DNA from: Octopus sinensis
Lineage: Eukaryota
DNA: 64,000 nucleotides
Direction of reading: 5' to 3'
Assembly: GCF_006345805.1 (NCBI RefSeq)
Contig: NC_043006.1
Coordinates: 48,608,001 to 48,672,000, forward strand
Shown: positions 13,965 to 27,871 of the stretch, piece after piece
Layout of the letters: every line of letters starts with the position of its first letter
Position numbering within the stretch: the stretch's first letter is position 1
The notes under the pieces: model-generated
Database searches by the model: none
The model's input: the letters and a program-made list of their open reading frames with translations, nothing else
What the model was told of the DNA's origin: nothing
Made by a program: the position numbers and the translations under genes

Positions 13965-14252
13965 AAGCTGTGTGGTTAGGAAGCTAGCTTTGGAGCCACA
14001 TGGTTTCAGGTTGCCCCTCTACACAGCACTTCAGGCAATAGTCTTTTGTTATAGCCCCAGACCAACCAATCAATGCCTTGTGAATGAATCTAGAAGACAG
14101 AAACTGTGTGAAAGCCTGTCTTGTGTGTATGTGTATGATTGTCACCTCCAATCACTTGACAAATGGTACTGGTTTGTTTACATCCTCATAACTTAGCAGT
14201 AACTAGGTGGTGCTCAAGGATGGCCGCTGTCCAATGATTGAAACAAGTAAAA
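13965..14252 (+). mobile_element. SINE family A, degenerate
   Basis: Recognisable head, core and tail with many substitutions and deletions. Confidence 0.7.
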
Positions 14253-14569
14253 GAGAGATGATAATCTTTGTCATTATGTATGTCATGTGGTTTTGACATA
14301 GATTTTCTGGTTGAATGCCTTTCCTATCATTAACCTGTATATGCTCATAAAAAATGTAGTCTTAAAATTTCACTGTGTTTAGATTAAACGCTTTGGTAAG
14401 CTTTCACAATCTGGACGAGAAGGGCAGTATGCAACTGTAAGCTACGGGTGTCGACTACGTACTGAACATTTTGTATGCTCAGTCAGTTGCTTCCTGGCAA
14501 GTTCATGTCCAAACTAGTAGGAGTAGGTTTTGCATTGCATAAATGCAACCAGGGTTGTATATATATATA

Positions 14570-15091
14570 CTGTAAATCCTCGAGTATAATCCGCATTTTC
14601 TTCCCAAAATTTAAAGGTCAAAATCCCTAGTGTATACTATATACGAGGTTAAAAATTAAAAAGTATTTTCTAAGCAATGTCCGAGACTCTATTTGCTGTC
14701 TGGCAATGTTTATTCAGACACATTTTAGGATATCGGGTGTGAAAATACCTTAAGCTAAGCCTGAAAGCAATAAAGTCATAAAAGAATCATCCATAACTTG
14801 CAGTAAGCAACATTTATTAAAATAAAAGTATTCAGAACACAGAATAACATGTAACAAAAACAATTTACAATCATATTTACATTCCCATATAACAGTTAAG
14901 AACATCACCATTATTGTATTACGCATGCGCAGAAATGTTTGTTCGACTAGGTGCTGCTGGCTTAATTACGCACGACTCAAGTTAGCGAAGGGGTGCGTAT
15001 TAAACACAAGGTTTAGGTTTTTCAAAAGTACTGCCCCCTAAAAATCCCCTGCGCATTATACTCAGAGCGGACTATACTCGAAGATTCACGG
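14570..15091. mobile_element. Tc1/mariner (Tc2-like) MITE, longer copy (about 522 bp)
   Basis: TIRs CTGTAAATCCTCGAGTATAATCCGC / GCGGACTATACTCGAAGATTCACGG, with TA on both sides (14568-69, 15092-93); no ORF. CCGTA-type termini are typical of Tc2-like elements. Confidence 0.85.
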
Positions 15092-16149
15092 TATATATTT
15101 ATTTTTTAGAATGGTATTGTATGATATTTAGAATGATAGCGTAGATTGGATCTGGTCAGCTTGAGCATAAAACAAGTAGAATATTTGGGCCAGATATGGC
15201 CAGTTTAAATGCTAAAGGGCTAGACTCACTGTATCAGGATTTATTTAGAATTTTCTGCTCCTTTTGTTGTGGATTTAGGTGTCTTCATCTGCCCCTGCCA
15301 CCTTTTTCTATTGACATCATTATGGCTTGATGCTCTTTCTATCACCAACTTCAATTTTCTGACCCTGAGTTCAAATTCTACCAAGATCAGCTTTACCTTA
15401 TATCCTTCTTGGGATTGATAAAATACCAATTAAGTAACGGGGTCGATGTAATCAGCAAAATTCCACCCCTCAAAACTGTCGGCCTTGTGCCTAAATTAGA
15501 AACCATCTGTAGTAGTAGTAGTAGTAGTTTCTGATTTAGGCATAAGGCTAGTAATTTTGAGGGGATGGGGTAAGTTGATACCTCCGACCTAAGTACTAGG
15601 GTTGATGGTATCGACACCCCCACCTCCCCTCAAAATTACTAGCCTTTTGCTTAAATTGTAAACAATTATTACTATTACTGCTGCTACTCCTACTACTACT
15701 ATTACTACTAATAATAATAATAATGATGCTGAAGCCTCATTTATACAACACAGGCATTTCATAATACTTTACAGACATCTTCCCTATTGCTTCCACACCT
15801 GCAGACGGGGACCACCTGGGCAATCACCAAAGGTGGCAGTAGACCGAATCTCATTCAGCAGGTGAGAGTGGAAGACTGCTGCTGCTGCTGCTAGTGGTGG
15901 TAGCGGTGTCTGTCTGTCTGTCTCTGATACTGCTATAAAATTGCTACCGCTCCCACCCACCCACCCCTGTAACTCTGCTAGTCCCTTCTTTACTGAGCTG
16001 TTCTTCCATAATCACCATCAACCATCTGGACACCAGTCATTAGTATTACCAAGCACCAGCCAAAAACTATTACATCTACCATCAACATCCCCATCACCAC
16101 TGTCACACCGAACACCACTCACGCCACCACCAACATCATAATCTATCCC

Positions 16150-16380
16150 TCTGTGAACCAAACCAACAAGGCAATGCCCAGATTGCTAGAAATAACAGCG
16201 AAATTTTCATTTTCCTCCAAAAAAGAGGAACACATTGAATGATGTAGTCCTAAATACGCAATGCCCAAGAGGATGATGGTATGGTATGGTATGGGACGCG
16301 GTGTGATGGATGGTTATGGCTGGAATGCCTTTGATCATAAGCCTGTTTGATCAGAGCCTGACCTGGGGCTAAACCACTAC
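16150..16380 (+). repeat. Dispersed repeat family G (CTAGAAATAGCAGCCAAA...GCTGGAATGCCTTTGATCAT...GGGGCTAAAC)
   Basis: Fragments recur at about 18390-18490, 30110-30310, 31000-31350 and 33240-33430 (plus) and 35300-35600, 41590-41720 and 57880-58100 (minus). Probably an old SINE/LINE 3' end. Confidence 0.55.
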
Positions 16381-17079
16381 TTTACATTACCACTACTACC
16401 ACCATTACCACGACTACTACAATCACCACATCTGTCAATTACTACATCCACCACCGTACCTAAACTGCTCTTACTTGCACTATTGAGACCACCACCACCA
16501 CCACTACTACTACATCTCTGCTACTCTGACTCTACTACTACTACTACTGCTGCTGCTGCTACTTTTACCTCCACCATTGTGTAATCTGGGATGACTTAAT
16601 AACAGCACCCCCCCTCTCTTTCACTCTTTCTCCCCTTTCCTGACACTCCACCTCTTCCTCTCCTAATCACCTTTCAGCCATCCAATTACTACCACCACTA
16701 TCAGCACTACTATCACCACCTCTCTCATTACTACTACCACTACCACTACTACCACTGCTGCTAAAGAATTTAAACAAAAGTAAATGGTAACTGCCATGAA
16801 ACCTTAGAATTTTTTTTAAATTTGTTTTTATTGTTTTTCTTTGTTATGTTTGTTTTGTTTCTTTTTGTTTTGTTTTGTTTTGTCCCCTCCCCCCCTCCAT
16901 CTTAAGATTAGGAAAATGTCTTTCTCCCTGGCGATTCTCTGAGAGTGATGTAAAGCAGTTTCGACTGGAATTGAAATAGGAAAGAAGAGGGAAGGGACAT
17001 TGACGAATTACCGTCACCACCACCACCATCATCATCATAATCATCAAAACATTGTTGTCAGACATGATTCCTTATGTGG

Positions 17080-17350
17080 CTGTGTGGTTAAGAAGCTTGC
17101 TTTGCAATCATATTGTTTCTGGTTCAGTCCCACTGTGTGGCACCTTGAGCCAAAAAATGCTCTGTGGGTGGGTCTGGTCAACAGAAACTGCATAAGAGCC
17201 CATTATGTATATTATATATGTGTGTTTGTGCATGTGTGTGTCTTTGTCTCACACACACATGCATACTACTTGACAACCAGTGCTGGTTTATTTATGTTTC
17301 TATAACTTAGTGGTTCAGTAAAAGACACTGATAGAGTATGTACCAGGGTT
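17080..17350 (+). mobile_element. SINE family A, degenerate
   Basis: TGGCTGTGTGGTTAAGAAGCTTGC head, partial core and tail. Confidence 0.7.
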
Positions 17351-17465
17351 CTGTGTAACCAACTGTTCCACCCTGCTCCTAAATTTCTGGTCTTTTGGCT
17401 TCTGTGAGAAATAATAATCGCTGAGTCCCCTTAAGTAATTTGGACACAGGTAGTGATAAAAAATA

Positions 17466-17960
17466 CAGTGATCCCTCGTTTATTGTGGTAGATTGGTTCT
17501 GAGACCGGCCGCAATAACTGAATTTCCGCGAAGTAGGGACACCGTATTTACAGTATTTATTTAACGTGTATTTGGACTTTTAAAACCCTCCCTGTACTGT
17601 TAACAACCCACCCATTACAGTAGTCTATTAGTGACAAGGACAACTGTTAAGCAATAACACTTTAGATTTAAAAAATAAAGATTGTTACTGTTACACAGGC
17701 CAGATTACAAAATAGAAAGCTGTGATTCGTCGTCTCTCTCCATTGCACCAATCACAGCCCGTCTTAGGTTCAAATACCCCTGTATATGCTTTTTGGCTAT
17801 TTTACGCTTGTTTTGTTGTTTCTAGACTAGGAAATAGTATTTATTACTAATATTTTAATGGATTTAATGAAATATATATATCTATATATATATATATATT
17901 TTAAAAATCCACGAAGTCATGAATCTGCGATAATTGAACTGCGAAGTAGCGAGGGATCAC
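17466..17960. mobile_element. Tigger/pogo-like MITE
   Basis: TA|CAGTGATCCCTCG at left and CGAGGGATCAC at right (terminal TG lost), with subterminal CCGCGAAGT-like repeats; no ORF. Confidence 0.75.
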
Positions 17961-18050
17961 CACCAACATGCTAAGTTCTGCATTGTCCCAAACACCTGTA
18001 TAAAAATACTTTGCCCTTGTATCTGTGTCTCTCTCATGCTCTTACATATA

Positions 18051-18350
18051 GTGAAGGTCCATGGCTTAGTGTTTTGGGTATTTGGCTCGCATTCATAAAG
18101 TCGTGAGTTTGATTCCTGGGCAGTGTGCTGTGTCGTTGAGCAAGGCACTTTATTTCACGTTGCTCCAGTCCACTCAGCTGGCAAACATGAGTAGTATCTG
18201 TATTTGAAAGGGCCCCAGCCTTGTTACATTTTGTGTCCTGCTGAATATCTCCCCTGGAGAGTTAAGGATATGCATGCCTGTCTGCGGAGGACTCAGCCAC
18301 TTGCATGTTGATTTCATGCATAGGCTGTTCTGTTCATCGGATCAACTGTC
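18051..18350 (+). mobile_element. SINE family D
   Basis: tRNA-like head (TGGCTTAGTG; GAGTTTGATTCC) followed by GTTGAGCAAGGCACTTTATTTCACGTTGCTCCAGTCCACTCAGCTGGC. Confidence 0.75.
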
Positions 18351-18526
18351 ACAGCGAACATCACTCATGCCACCACCAACATCATAGTCTATCTCTGTGA
18401 ACCAAGCAAACAAGGTGACCTCTACATGGTTGCCCAAATTGCTAGAAATAAGAGCCAAATTTTCATTTTCCTCTGAAAAGAGAGGAAGCATCCAGCTGTA
18501 GAAACTCCACACTTCCACTCTACATT

Positions 18527-18990
18527 TCCACTCACACTTCTTAACTTCCACTCACGCTTCTTAACCTCTATTCACACTCCTTAACTTCCACTCACACTCC
18601 TTAACTTCCACTCACGCTCCTTAACTTCCACTCACGTTCTTTAACCTCCACTCATGCTCCTTAACCTCCACACACGCTCCTTGACCTCCACTCACGCTCC
18701 TTAACTTCCACTCATGCTCCTTAACTTCCACTCACATTCTTTAACCTGCACTCATGCTCTTTAATCACCACTCACACTCTTTAACCTCCACTCATGCTTC
18801 TTAACCTCCACTCATGCTCCTTAGCCTCCACACATGCTCCTTAACCTCCACTCATGCTCCTTAACTTCCACTCACCTTCTTAACCACCGCTCACCTTCAT
18901 AACGTCCACTCACACTTCTTGACCTCCACTCATGCTCCTTCCACTCACACACCATACTTCCACTCATGTCCCTCCCTTCCACTTACATTC
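18527..18990. repeat. 20-bp minisatellite (CCACTCACGCTCCTTAACT/C), about 20-22 units
   Basis: Directly visible tandem units with transition variants. Confidence 0.9.
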
Positions 18991-19357
18991 CACATCTCCA
19001 CTCATGTTCCTCACTTCCATGCACACTCTTACACACACACCCTAACACTCACACACTCTTATACTTTTGATCTGGAGGGCAAGCTAGAACTGGTGTTAAG
19101 AAAAAAAACAAACAAAAATGCAATAGCCTTCGGAGGCAAGGAACATAATATGAGATGTTACAAGGGATGTAAAGAAGTGCACAAGGATGAAATAAAGAGA
19201 GCGAGTTCGCTTGTGTGTGTGTGTGGTGAAAGAACAAGAGGGAAAACTTCCCCGTTTTGCAATGATGTCTTGTCACAGTATATTACACCCTACAGCTGTA
19301 CAGACAGGCCTAAATCAAATCAACCACCTTTTTCTTTCTGTTTTATGAACTCTTCCT

Positions 19358-19452
<95 letters not shown>

Positions 19453-19543
19453 ATGTATATATATTTAGCTCTGTCAGTTAATAATTTCCTTATTCATTTG
19501 TTTGTTTCTGTGTTTATTGTATATTACTCAATCATTTGTGGAA

Positions 19544-19586
<43 letters not shown>

Positions 19587-19698
19587 CTGTCTCTGGTATT
19601 TGTCATCATTCTATTAGTCTTTTATTGAGCTGGTTTCATTGATATTCTCATATATCTTTTCCTCCTCCACCCTCTCTTCACATATCCCCTACACTTCA

Positions 19699-19738
<40 letters not shown>

Positions 19739-21908
19739 TACATATATGTGTGTGTGTATATACATATATATATACATGCTTTCTTCTTTCATGCTATTAT
19801 TCATTTAAACCATTTATCTATTTGCCTCCATCCACATTTACAGACTTTATATATATATACACACACACACATACATACATACACATGCACATAGCAACAA
19901 AGACACACTCACATACCAACAGATACATACACATATTAAATACACACATTGTTTGAAATTCTTTTTCTTTCCTACAACCATAGTCTCTGAAGCTGCCCTC
20001 ACCTCTCTGCATCCCTCCATTTTCCTCGGCTATACCACTCCACCTGTGTTTCTACACACACACACACACATACATACACACATTATAACCCCATCCTCTC
20101 CTTTTTCAGGTCTACTACCATTCCCTTTGCTTGTCCCCTCTTTCTTCCCTTTATTTCACCCCGTTTCCGCTGCCCGCCCCCGCTAGCCTACTTTAAGAAG
20201 TACTATTAAATTCATGTTGTCCCTTGTGTTAAGGCTGCAGCTCATATGTAGCTTGTACCCTGAAGGGATAAAACACATCATCATCAACATTGTCTGCATC
20301 ATCCTTGTCATTATTCGTGTTGGTGTTGGCAGCAATATCACCGTTGTCAACATTATCATCACCAAGAGACATTATTATATCATCACAGTTCTACAATATT
20401 AACGGTTAATCCCCACTCAATCACTGCTCATCACATACCACTTAGGCATACCTGCAGCACCTCAAATCACCGATTCACTTTAAATTCCCCAATTATGTCA
20501 ACCATGTCCATATCAGGATGATGTCGGTGGCGGCAGCGGTGTTACTTCCTCGTTCCCCTACCACCGCTCAACTTCATTTCTGCAATACCTCCTTTCACCG
20601 TATTCCCTCCCTGGGGTAATGCTTGCGCATTTCCTGTTAGGACTTGGATAGATTGCAACAGTGACAATTCTGAGTCAAGAGCCGACCTCTCTGATTGCCT
20701 TTTCACCACCCTGGTGCTCCGCCGCCTCATTTGTTCACCATGTTCTGGTTCACATTTCACATGTAAAAAAAAAAAATTAATAAATAGATAAAAAAGAAAG
20801 AAAGAAGAAAGAAAAACAACAGCTAACAACTACTACGGTAGCCATTACTATTACTGCCGTTGAGATACTCAATATTTGCTGTTTGTTCTCATGATATATT
20901 TGGATTGGATGTAACAAGCATTTTGCCTCAGATTTAAACCTTGATTGTTATTGCAGAAAGCTAAGCTCAGCTCAGCTGTACGTACACACACACACTGCAG
21001 TTTGTAACCTGCGGCTGCACTATCCTCAACAACAGTTATAAGAGATTCATCAAATGAGATGTGTGACTCTAGTTGTGGAGATGGTGGTGGTAGTGGGTGG
21101 TGTTGGTTGGTGGCTGGTCGAATGGCAAATTGTTTATTTAGCTTTCTCTAACCTTTTAAGCATGTCTTTCGTTGCTGGTCTCCAAAATTTGTTCTCATCT
21201 CATCATGGTATCCAACCATGATTGAAATAACTGATGGAAGATATAATAAATAAATGCCAGATATTGGTTTGACTGAAAAGTTAGAGAGGTCAATAATTTG
21301 ATTGTAAATGTCATTATGAACAACATAAAATACTGGAGCCAGTGTTCCCTGTTGTGTACATTAGAAAGAAACTGAGATTAGCAAAGCTTTATGACTGAGA
21401 CAGTGTTGTGTTTGTTTAAGAAATATACTAACAAATTTCCCGGTTGATAACGAGAGCCCATCCGAAAGCCAGAAGGCGTTCAGAAGTCAAGTGGAAACAT
21501 TTCATAAAGTTATGCCTTGAGGGCTTCAAACTTGTTTAGAGATGCCACACTGGGTTGGCCTGGAGGGTTAGTGAATGTATTGGACTTGAGGAAGAACGTG
21601 TCGAACCAAGTTAATTGCTGATATTCTCTTTTACTCTTTCCTTCTCTCTTTCTCTCTCTCTCTCCTTAATCCATTAAAAGTGGACACAACTATTTAGAGA
21701 GTTCAACTTCATGATAAACTTATGGGTAGTGTAAATCTCTCCTACTTTATCATAAGATTTATTTAATTTTAGATTTCACTTCAGCCTCCTTAAATCTGCC
21801 TGCTTTCAAATGTCTCAGGGAGTTTGTAGGTTTATTGCGTATACATTGGTGTATGTTTGCAGGGGTGGGTGCTGTGTTACTAACTCTCATTCAGTCATAT
21901 ATATATAT

Positions 21909-22134
21909 TAAGGCGGCGGGCTGGCAGAAACGTTAGCACGCCAGGTAAAATGCATAGCCGTATTTCGTCTGCCACTACGTTCTGAGTTCAAATTCCGCCA
22001 AGGTCAACTTTGCCTTTCATCCTTTCGAGGGTCGATAAATTAAGTACCAGTTACGCACGGGGGTCGATGTAATCAACTTAATCCCTTTGTCTGTCCTGGT
22101 TTGTTCCCTCTATGTTTAGCCCCTTGTGGGCAAT
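21909..22134 (+). mobile_element. SINE family B, full length
   Basis: A/B boxes and central domain as in 190-423; inserted in (TA)n. Confidence 0.9.
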
Positions 22135-22735
22135 ATATATATATATATATAGATTATTATTTTATTATTATTAATAATAATAATAAAATAATAATATATA
22201 TATATGTGTGTTTCTCACTCCAGTTGTTGGTAATATCATGTAATATATTGAAGGTAGTGAACTGGCTGGATTACTAGAGTAACAGACAAAATAGCTTGCA
22301 ATATTTAGATGCATACTTTGAAATCCTGAGTTCTAATCCTACCAAAGTCAGCTTCACTTTCATCTTTCAGGGGTTGCAATATTATAATAAGTACTAAAAC
22401 TGCTGAGCTGGCAAAATCGTTAGCATTGCCGGACTAACTGCTTAACAGTATTTCATTTGTTTTTAGATTCTGAGTTTAAATTCTGCTGAGATCAGCTTTG
22501 CTTTCACTCTTTCGGGGTCAGTAAAATTGACCCCAGTTAAGTACTGTGGTTGATGTGCCAAAATTTGAAATTAATATAACAAGTTCTGGTTAAGTACTGT
22601 GGTTGTTTCAATCAACTGTATCCATCCCCAACTTTAGACACTGTGCTTATATTATATATATGCATATATATACATATATATGTATATATATAACGGCGGT
22701 GCATCAGCATAGCCGCAGCTCTGAGCTGAAACTAG

Positions 22736-22789
<54 letters not shown>

Positions 22790-23186
22790 TTATTCTTTTC
22801 AGTCATTTGACTGTGGTCATGCTGGAGCACCGCCTTTAGTCAGACAAATTGACCCCGGACTTATTCTTTGTAAGCATAGTACTTATTGTATTGGTTAATT
22901 TTGCCGAACCGCTAAGTTATGGCGATGTAAATACACCACCATCGGTTGTCAAGCGATGATGGGGGGGGGACAAACACAGACACAAACATATGCATATATA
23001 TATATGTATATATACACACACACATATTTATGACGGGCTTCTTTCAGCTTCCGTGTACCAAATCCACTCACAAGGCTATGGCCAGCCCAAGGCTATAGTT
23101 GAAGACACTTGCCCAAGGTGCCACACAGTGGGACTGAACCCGGGACCATGTGGCCGGTAAGCAAGCTACTTACCACACAGCCACTC
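22790..23186 (-). mobile_element. SINE family A, full length
   Basis: Identity to other copies. Confidence 0.9.
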
Positions 23187-23234
23187 AGAAATATTGATAG
23201 TGACTTTGAGGTTTTGGCCAGCCAACCCCTCAAT

Positions 23235-23290
23235 CAGACTGTCTGATGATAACTTAGCTTAGCCAGTTGAAACTTCGAAGTCACTGTCAG
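23235..23290 (+). ncRNA. Type I hammerhead ribozyme motif (GUC cleavage triplet) in a Penelope-like pLTR remnant (about 23188-23400)
   Basis: Stem I CAGACUGU(23235-42)/ACUGUCAG(23283-90), 6 of 8 positions paired. CUGAUGA 23243-49. Stem II AACU/AGUU. GAAAC 23269-73. Palindromic stem III ACUUCGAAGU. GUC 23280-82. Confidence 0.7.
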
Positions 23291-23392
23291 TACTCTTCTC
23301 GTTAAACAATAATAAATTTGTACTCTACCAAATGTATTGATTAATCCTTCAGTTTAATGTAAAATTGTTTTTATTGAAACATAAACACAAAC

Positions 23393-23428
<36 letters not shown>

Positions 23429-23496
23429 CGTGAAGCTTTATGAAAATAGACAAAAGACGAAGGCAGGTGGAATACAAACAAACAATTGTATTAGTA

Positions 23497-23616
<120 letters not shown>

Positions 23617-25003
23617 CAGGCTTCTTTCAGTTTCCCTTCTGTTAAATCCACTTGTAAATCTTTGATTTGTGCTAAGCTGTAGCAGAAGACACTATCCCAA
23701 TGTATGTTACACAGTGGAAACTTGACCAAAACTGGACCACGTGGCTGGGAAGCAAATTTCTTAACAACTCAGCCAGAATGAATACAAAATAGAAAAGTTT
23801 GTGGTTATTAAACTGGTATTCAGAAACACAACTTCAAATGTTCTCACATAAAATTTTGAGAAGCTCTTCATTTAAATATGAACACTTCAAAACTTAAATG
23901 GATGAATCAGAGGTCATGGTCTCCAGTTGGTTAGTATCAAAGGGATAATCAAATAAACATTCTTCTCTGGACTGTGCTTTCTCTTCCTCTGTCCCCCCCC
24001 CCAACTATCTCACCCCTTACCTTGGCAGACAGTAGAAAGGACTATATACTTTTGAGACAGTTTTATCAATGCTGACCTTTTACATGTCAGCCTAAATCTG
24101 GCAATATTTATTACGCTGGCTCCAAAACTTGGCAGCATTTTAAAATACAATGTAGCAAAAGAAAGGAAAGATGTAAGGTAATGTCATACAAACACACACA
24201 CACCTTGCATGGTTTATTGACAATGGTGCTGAAGAAAAAACGTATACAATAGGGGATTTGAGCATTCTATTAGCTAAACACACACACATGTAACTGGAGT
24301 TTCACTTATGTAATATAGCAAGTTGAGAAAGATTATCATTGCAATTAGAAAACAAAGACTCTCTCTTCTCTGGTGATGTTTATAATCTAAAAACTATAAT
24401 TAAAGGTGATAAGTTTAATAATCAGCTAATTTCAATACAGGACATACTTATAGGTGCAGGTGTGGTAGTTTTGTTAAGTTTGTTTTGTAACCACATGGTT
24501 TTAGGTTCAACCTCACTGCTTGGCACCTTGGGCAAGTATCTTTTTCTATAGCCACAGGCCAACTAAATTCTTGTAAGTGTATTTGGAAGACAGAAACTGA
24601 AAGAAGCCTAGTGTGTGTGTGTGTATGTTTAGCTAATAAATGTGTGTCACCTGTCTAATACAAGAAGTGTTATTCACTTCTGATATTCTGCAAAAACATG
24701 TCTAACCATAGGGAAATATTACCTTGCTGGGAAATGGGTGAGGGTTGGCAACAGGGAAGGCATCTGATGCATGCAAGGATGGGAAAGTGGACATTAAAAT
24801 TATAATAAAGATAGATAAATAGACAGAATGATACAGGTGCATGATATAGAGGCTTACATACAGGATTTCACATGTCTGTGTCAACAATATGATATCCATC
24901 GCACTTCTTCAGCTGTCTGTGGCACCATCAATTACAAGCAATATTGAACTCTACCTCTTTTGTTGTTACAGTCTGTTTGTCAACACACACACACACACAT
25001 TGA

Positions 25004-25395
25004 TTCTTTTATTTGTTTCAGTCATTTGACTGCGGCCTTGCTGGAGCACCACCTTTAGTTAAACAAATCAACCCCAAGACTTATTCTTCATAAACCTAGT
25101 ACTTGTTCTATCGGTCTGTTTTGCCGAACCGCTAAGTTACAGGGACGTAAACACACCACCGTCAGTTGTCAAGCAATGGTGGGGGAGACAAACACAGACA
25201 CACAAACATATGCATATATATACACATATATATGACATGCTTCATTCAGCTTCCATCTACCAAATCCACTCACAAGGCTTTGGTTAGCCCAAGGCTATGA
25301 TAGAAGACACTTGCCCAAGGTGCCACACCGTGGGACTGAACCCGGAACCATGTGGTTGGTAAGCAAGCTACTTACCACATAGCCACTCTTGCACC
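25004..25395 (-). mobile_element. SINE family A, full length
   Basis: Identity to other copies. Confidence 0.9.
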
Positions 25396-26436
25396 TGTTC
25401 GTTCATTGTTTAAAGCAGTGTCCTTCGGTTTTGTGCTGCTTCAAGTTCCACAGGCCCCTTATGAGAACCTGAAGGAGTTGGGGTCCCATCAGTGGCCTGT
25501 GAAACTTGAAGTTACATGAAACTGAACCAAACTGTTTTAAACAATACATGTAACTCTTACTGAATGTGTTGAGTGCCCTTTTCTTTGTTTGTCCATTCAT
25601 GTGTTTGTATGTGTGTGTGTGTTGTGTGTGTTATATCCAACCAGTCTATTGTAATTGGCAGTATTTCTTCCTCAAACACAACTTGGCCTTTATACTTTGT
25701 CAAAATATGAGATAAAAGAGTGTTTGTTGTTGTTTGGTTTATTTATGTTAAACAGCTGCTTGCTATCTTGTGTGGAAGGAAAGGCTATGGCTGCCAGCTG
25801 AACTCTAAAATCTTAGAATTTCAAATCCCTCTGGGGGTTTTTTCTTTCATCTTTCTGAAGGAAAAGGTTGGTAAAATAAATACCAGTAATGTACTGAGAT
25901 TTCTTCATTAATTAAACTTAACCCCTATAAATCTATATAGCCTTGTGCAATATTGATATTGTAAGAAATTAGGTCAATGTAATTGACTGACCCCTTTCTC
26001 CCCCAAATTTCTGTGTCTTGTGTATTATCTACTCTTTTTTGTTATAAATAATGGATTTTTCATTTGTTTATCATCAAATCAAACCTGTAAAAAAATTTTA
26101 AAATCGATGAAATAACTGTCTAATGTCTATCTATACGTGCAGATCATTGACTGGAGCTTAAGCCTACTGTGTGCATTTGTGTTTTTGTGTGTACATGCAT
26201 ATGTATGGTATTCAATCCCGCTTTGATTGTACAGGCGTAGTACATATTCATGTGGGAAAATATACGAGGATTACATTCCTGTTTATCTAGTACATAAACA
26301 CACACACACACACACATTCCATACACAGACACACAGATAGCTACACATATACGAGTCGTCTAAAAGTCCGTATGTCAGGGTGAAGATGCATTCATATATC
26401 TGTCTACAGACTGAGTATATTATCCTAAATTTACAT

Positions 26437-26519
26437 TATTATATATCCATCACAGCTGATACATTGTATTCTTAGCGCTGAGACCGATTGCAAGATCAGC
26501 CGTGATGGGATATATAATA
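26437..26519. other. Isolated about 24-bp imperfect inverted repeat (hairpin)
   Basis: TATTATATATCCATCACAGCTGAT (26437-60) versus ATCAGCCGTGATGGGATATATAATA (26495-519): one mismatch and one indel. Confidence 0.75.
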
Positions 26520-26540
26520 CTGTCCATTTCAGATAATATA

Positions 26541-26931
26541 TACTCTTCTACTCTTTTACTTGTTTCAGTCATTTTGACTGTGGCCATGCTGGAGCACCAC
26601 CTTTAGTCGAGCAAATTGACTTATTCTTTGTAAGCCTAGTACCTTATCCATCAGTCTCTTTTGCCGAACTGCTAAGTTACAGGAACGTAAACACACCAGC
26701 ATCAGTTGTCAAGCAATGCTGGTGGGGCGGGGGGACAAACACTGACACACAAACATATATGTATGCATATATACGATGGGCTTCTTTCAGTTTCTGTCTA
26801 CCAAATACACTCACAAGGTTTTGGTCGGCCCGAGGCTGTAGTAGAAGACACTCGCCCAAGATGCCACGCAGTGTGACTGAACCCAGAACCATGTGGTTTG
26901 TAAGCAAACTACTTACCACACAGCCATTCCT
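26541..26931 (-). mobile_element. SINE family A, full length
   Basis: Identity to other copies. Confidence 0.9.
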
Positions 26932-27053
<122 letters not shown>

Positions 27054-27871
27054 CTTGCTATCTGTACTGATTGATATTATTCAAAGATGTATGCTAAAGA
27101 TAATGCCTTCACTTTATCGCTTTTTTAAAAGAAAGAAAATAAAATCTTAGAGCACACATATACATACAAACATGTGCAGATGGATGTACCAGTGTATGAG
27201 CAAATAGATATTATATTAAGCATGTTCTAAGTATCCAGAGCATGTGGAACTTCCACTCACCCCATACAGGCAGAATGAATCTGCAATTAATTCACTTGCC
27301 GGTTTGATCTGGTAGGCTTCCTAACAAGTTTGTTTATGTGTAGGCAGGCCTTCCCTGCTCCCTCTTCACCTTACTTGCTCCTTGCAGGGCCCCTAATAAG
27401 CTGGTTTCACTCAGATCACCAGGGGCCTGAGTGGCATACTTAAGAGATTACCTTAAGATAGCTTAGGCAATAGCAGCCTTTTACCTCCCACAGTCAATCA
27501 CTCAGAACACAGGAAGTTATCTCTTTATATTGAATAAACATTCCCTCTACTCCCCCACTCTCTCTCTCTCTCTTATATATATATATATATAATTTGCTTC
27601 AGTCATTGGTCTGTATCCATGCTGGAGCACAGCCTTAAAAGGCTGCATGCAGCCAATCAATCAATTTTAGTATTTACTTCTCAAGCCTGGTACTTGCTAT
27701 ATCAGTCTCTTTGTTGATGAATCTTTAAGCTACATGGATGTAAACAAACCAATACTGGTTGTCAAGTGGTGGGAGGACAAACGCAAAACACACACGACAG
27801 ACTTCCGTGCTGTCTGTCATATTCTCTCACAAGACATAGGTCAGCCCAGAGCTACATCGGAAAATGGTTGC

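Noticed and set aside
20542-20829. Minus-strand 95-aa ORF in unique sequence as an exon
   Set aside because: It starts in a low-complexity tract, has no recognisable domain and no convincing splice-site pair.
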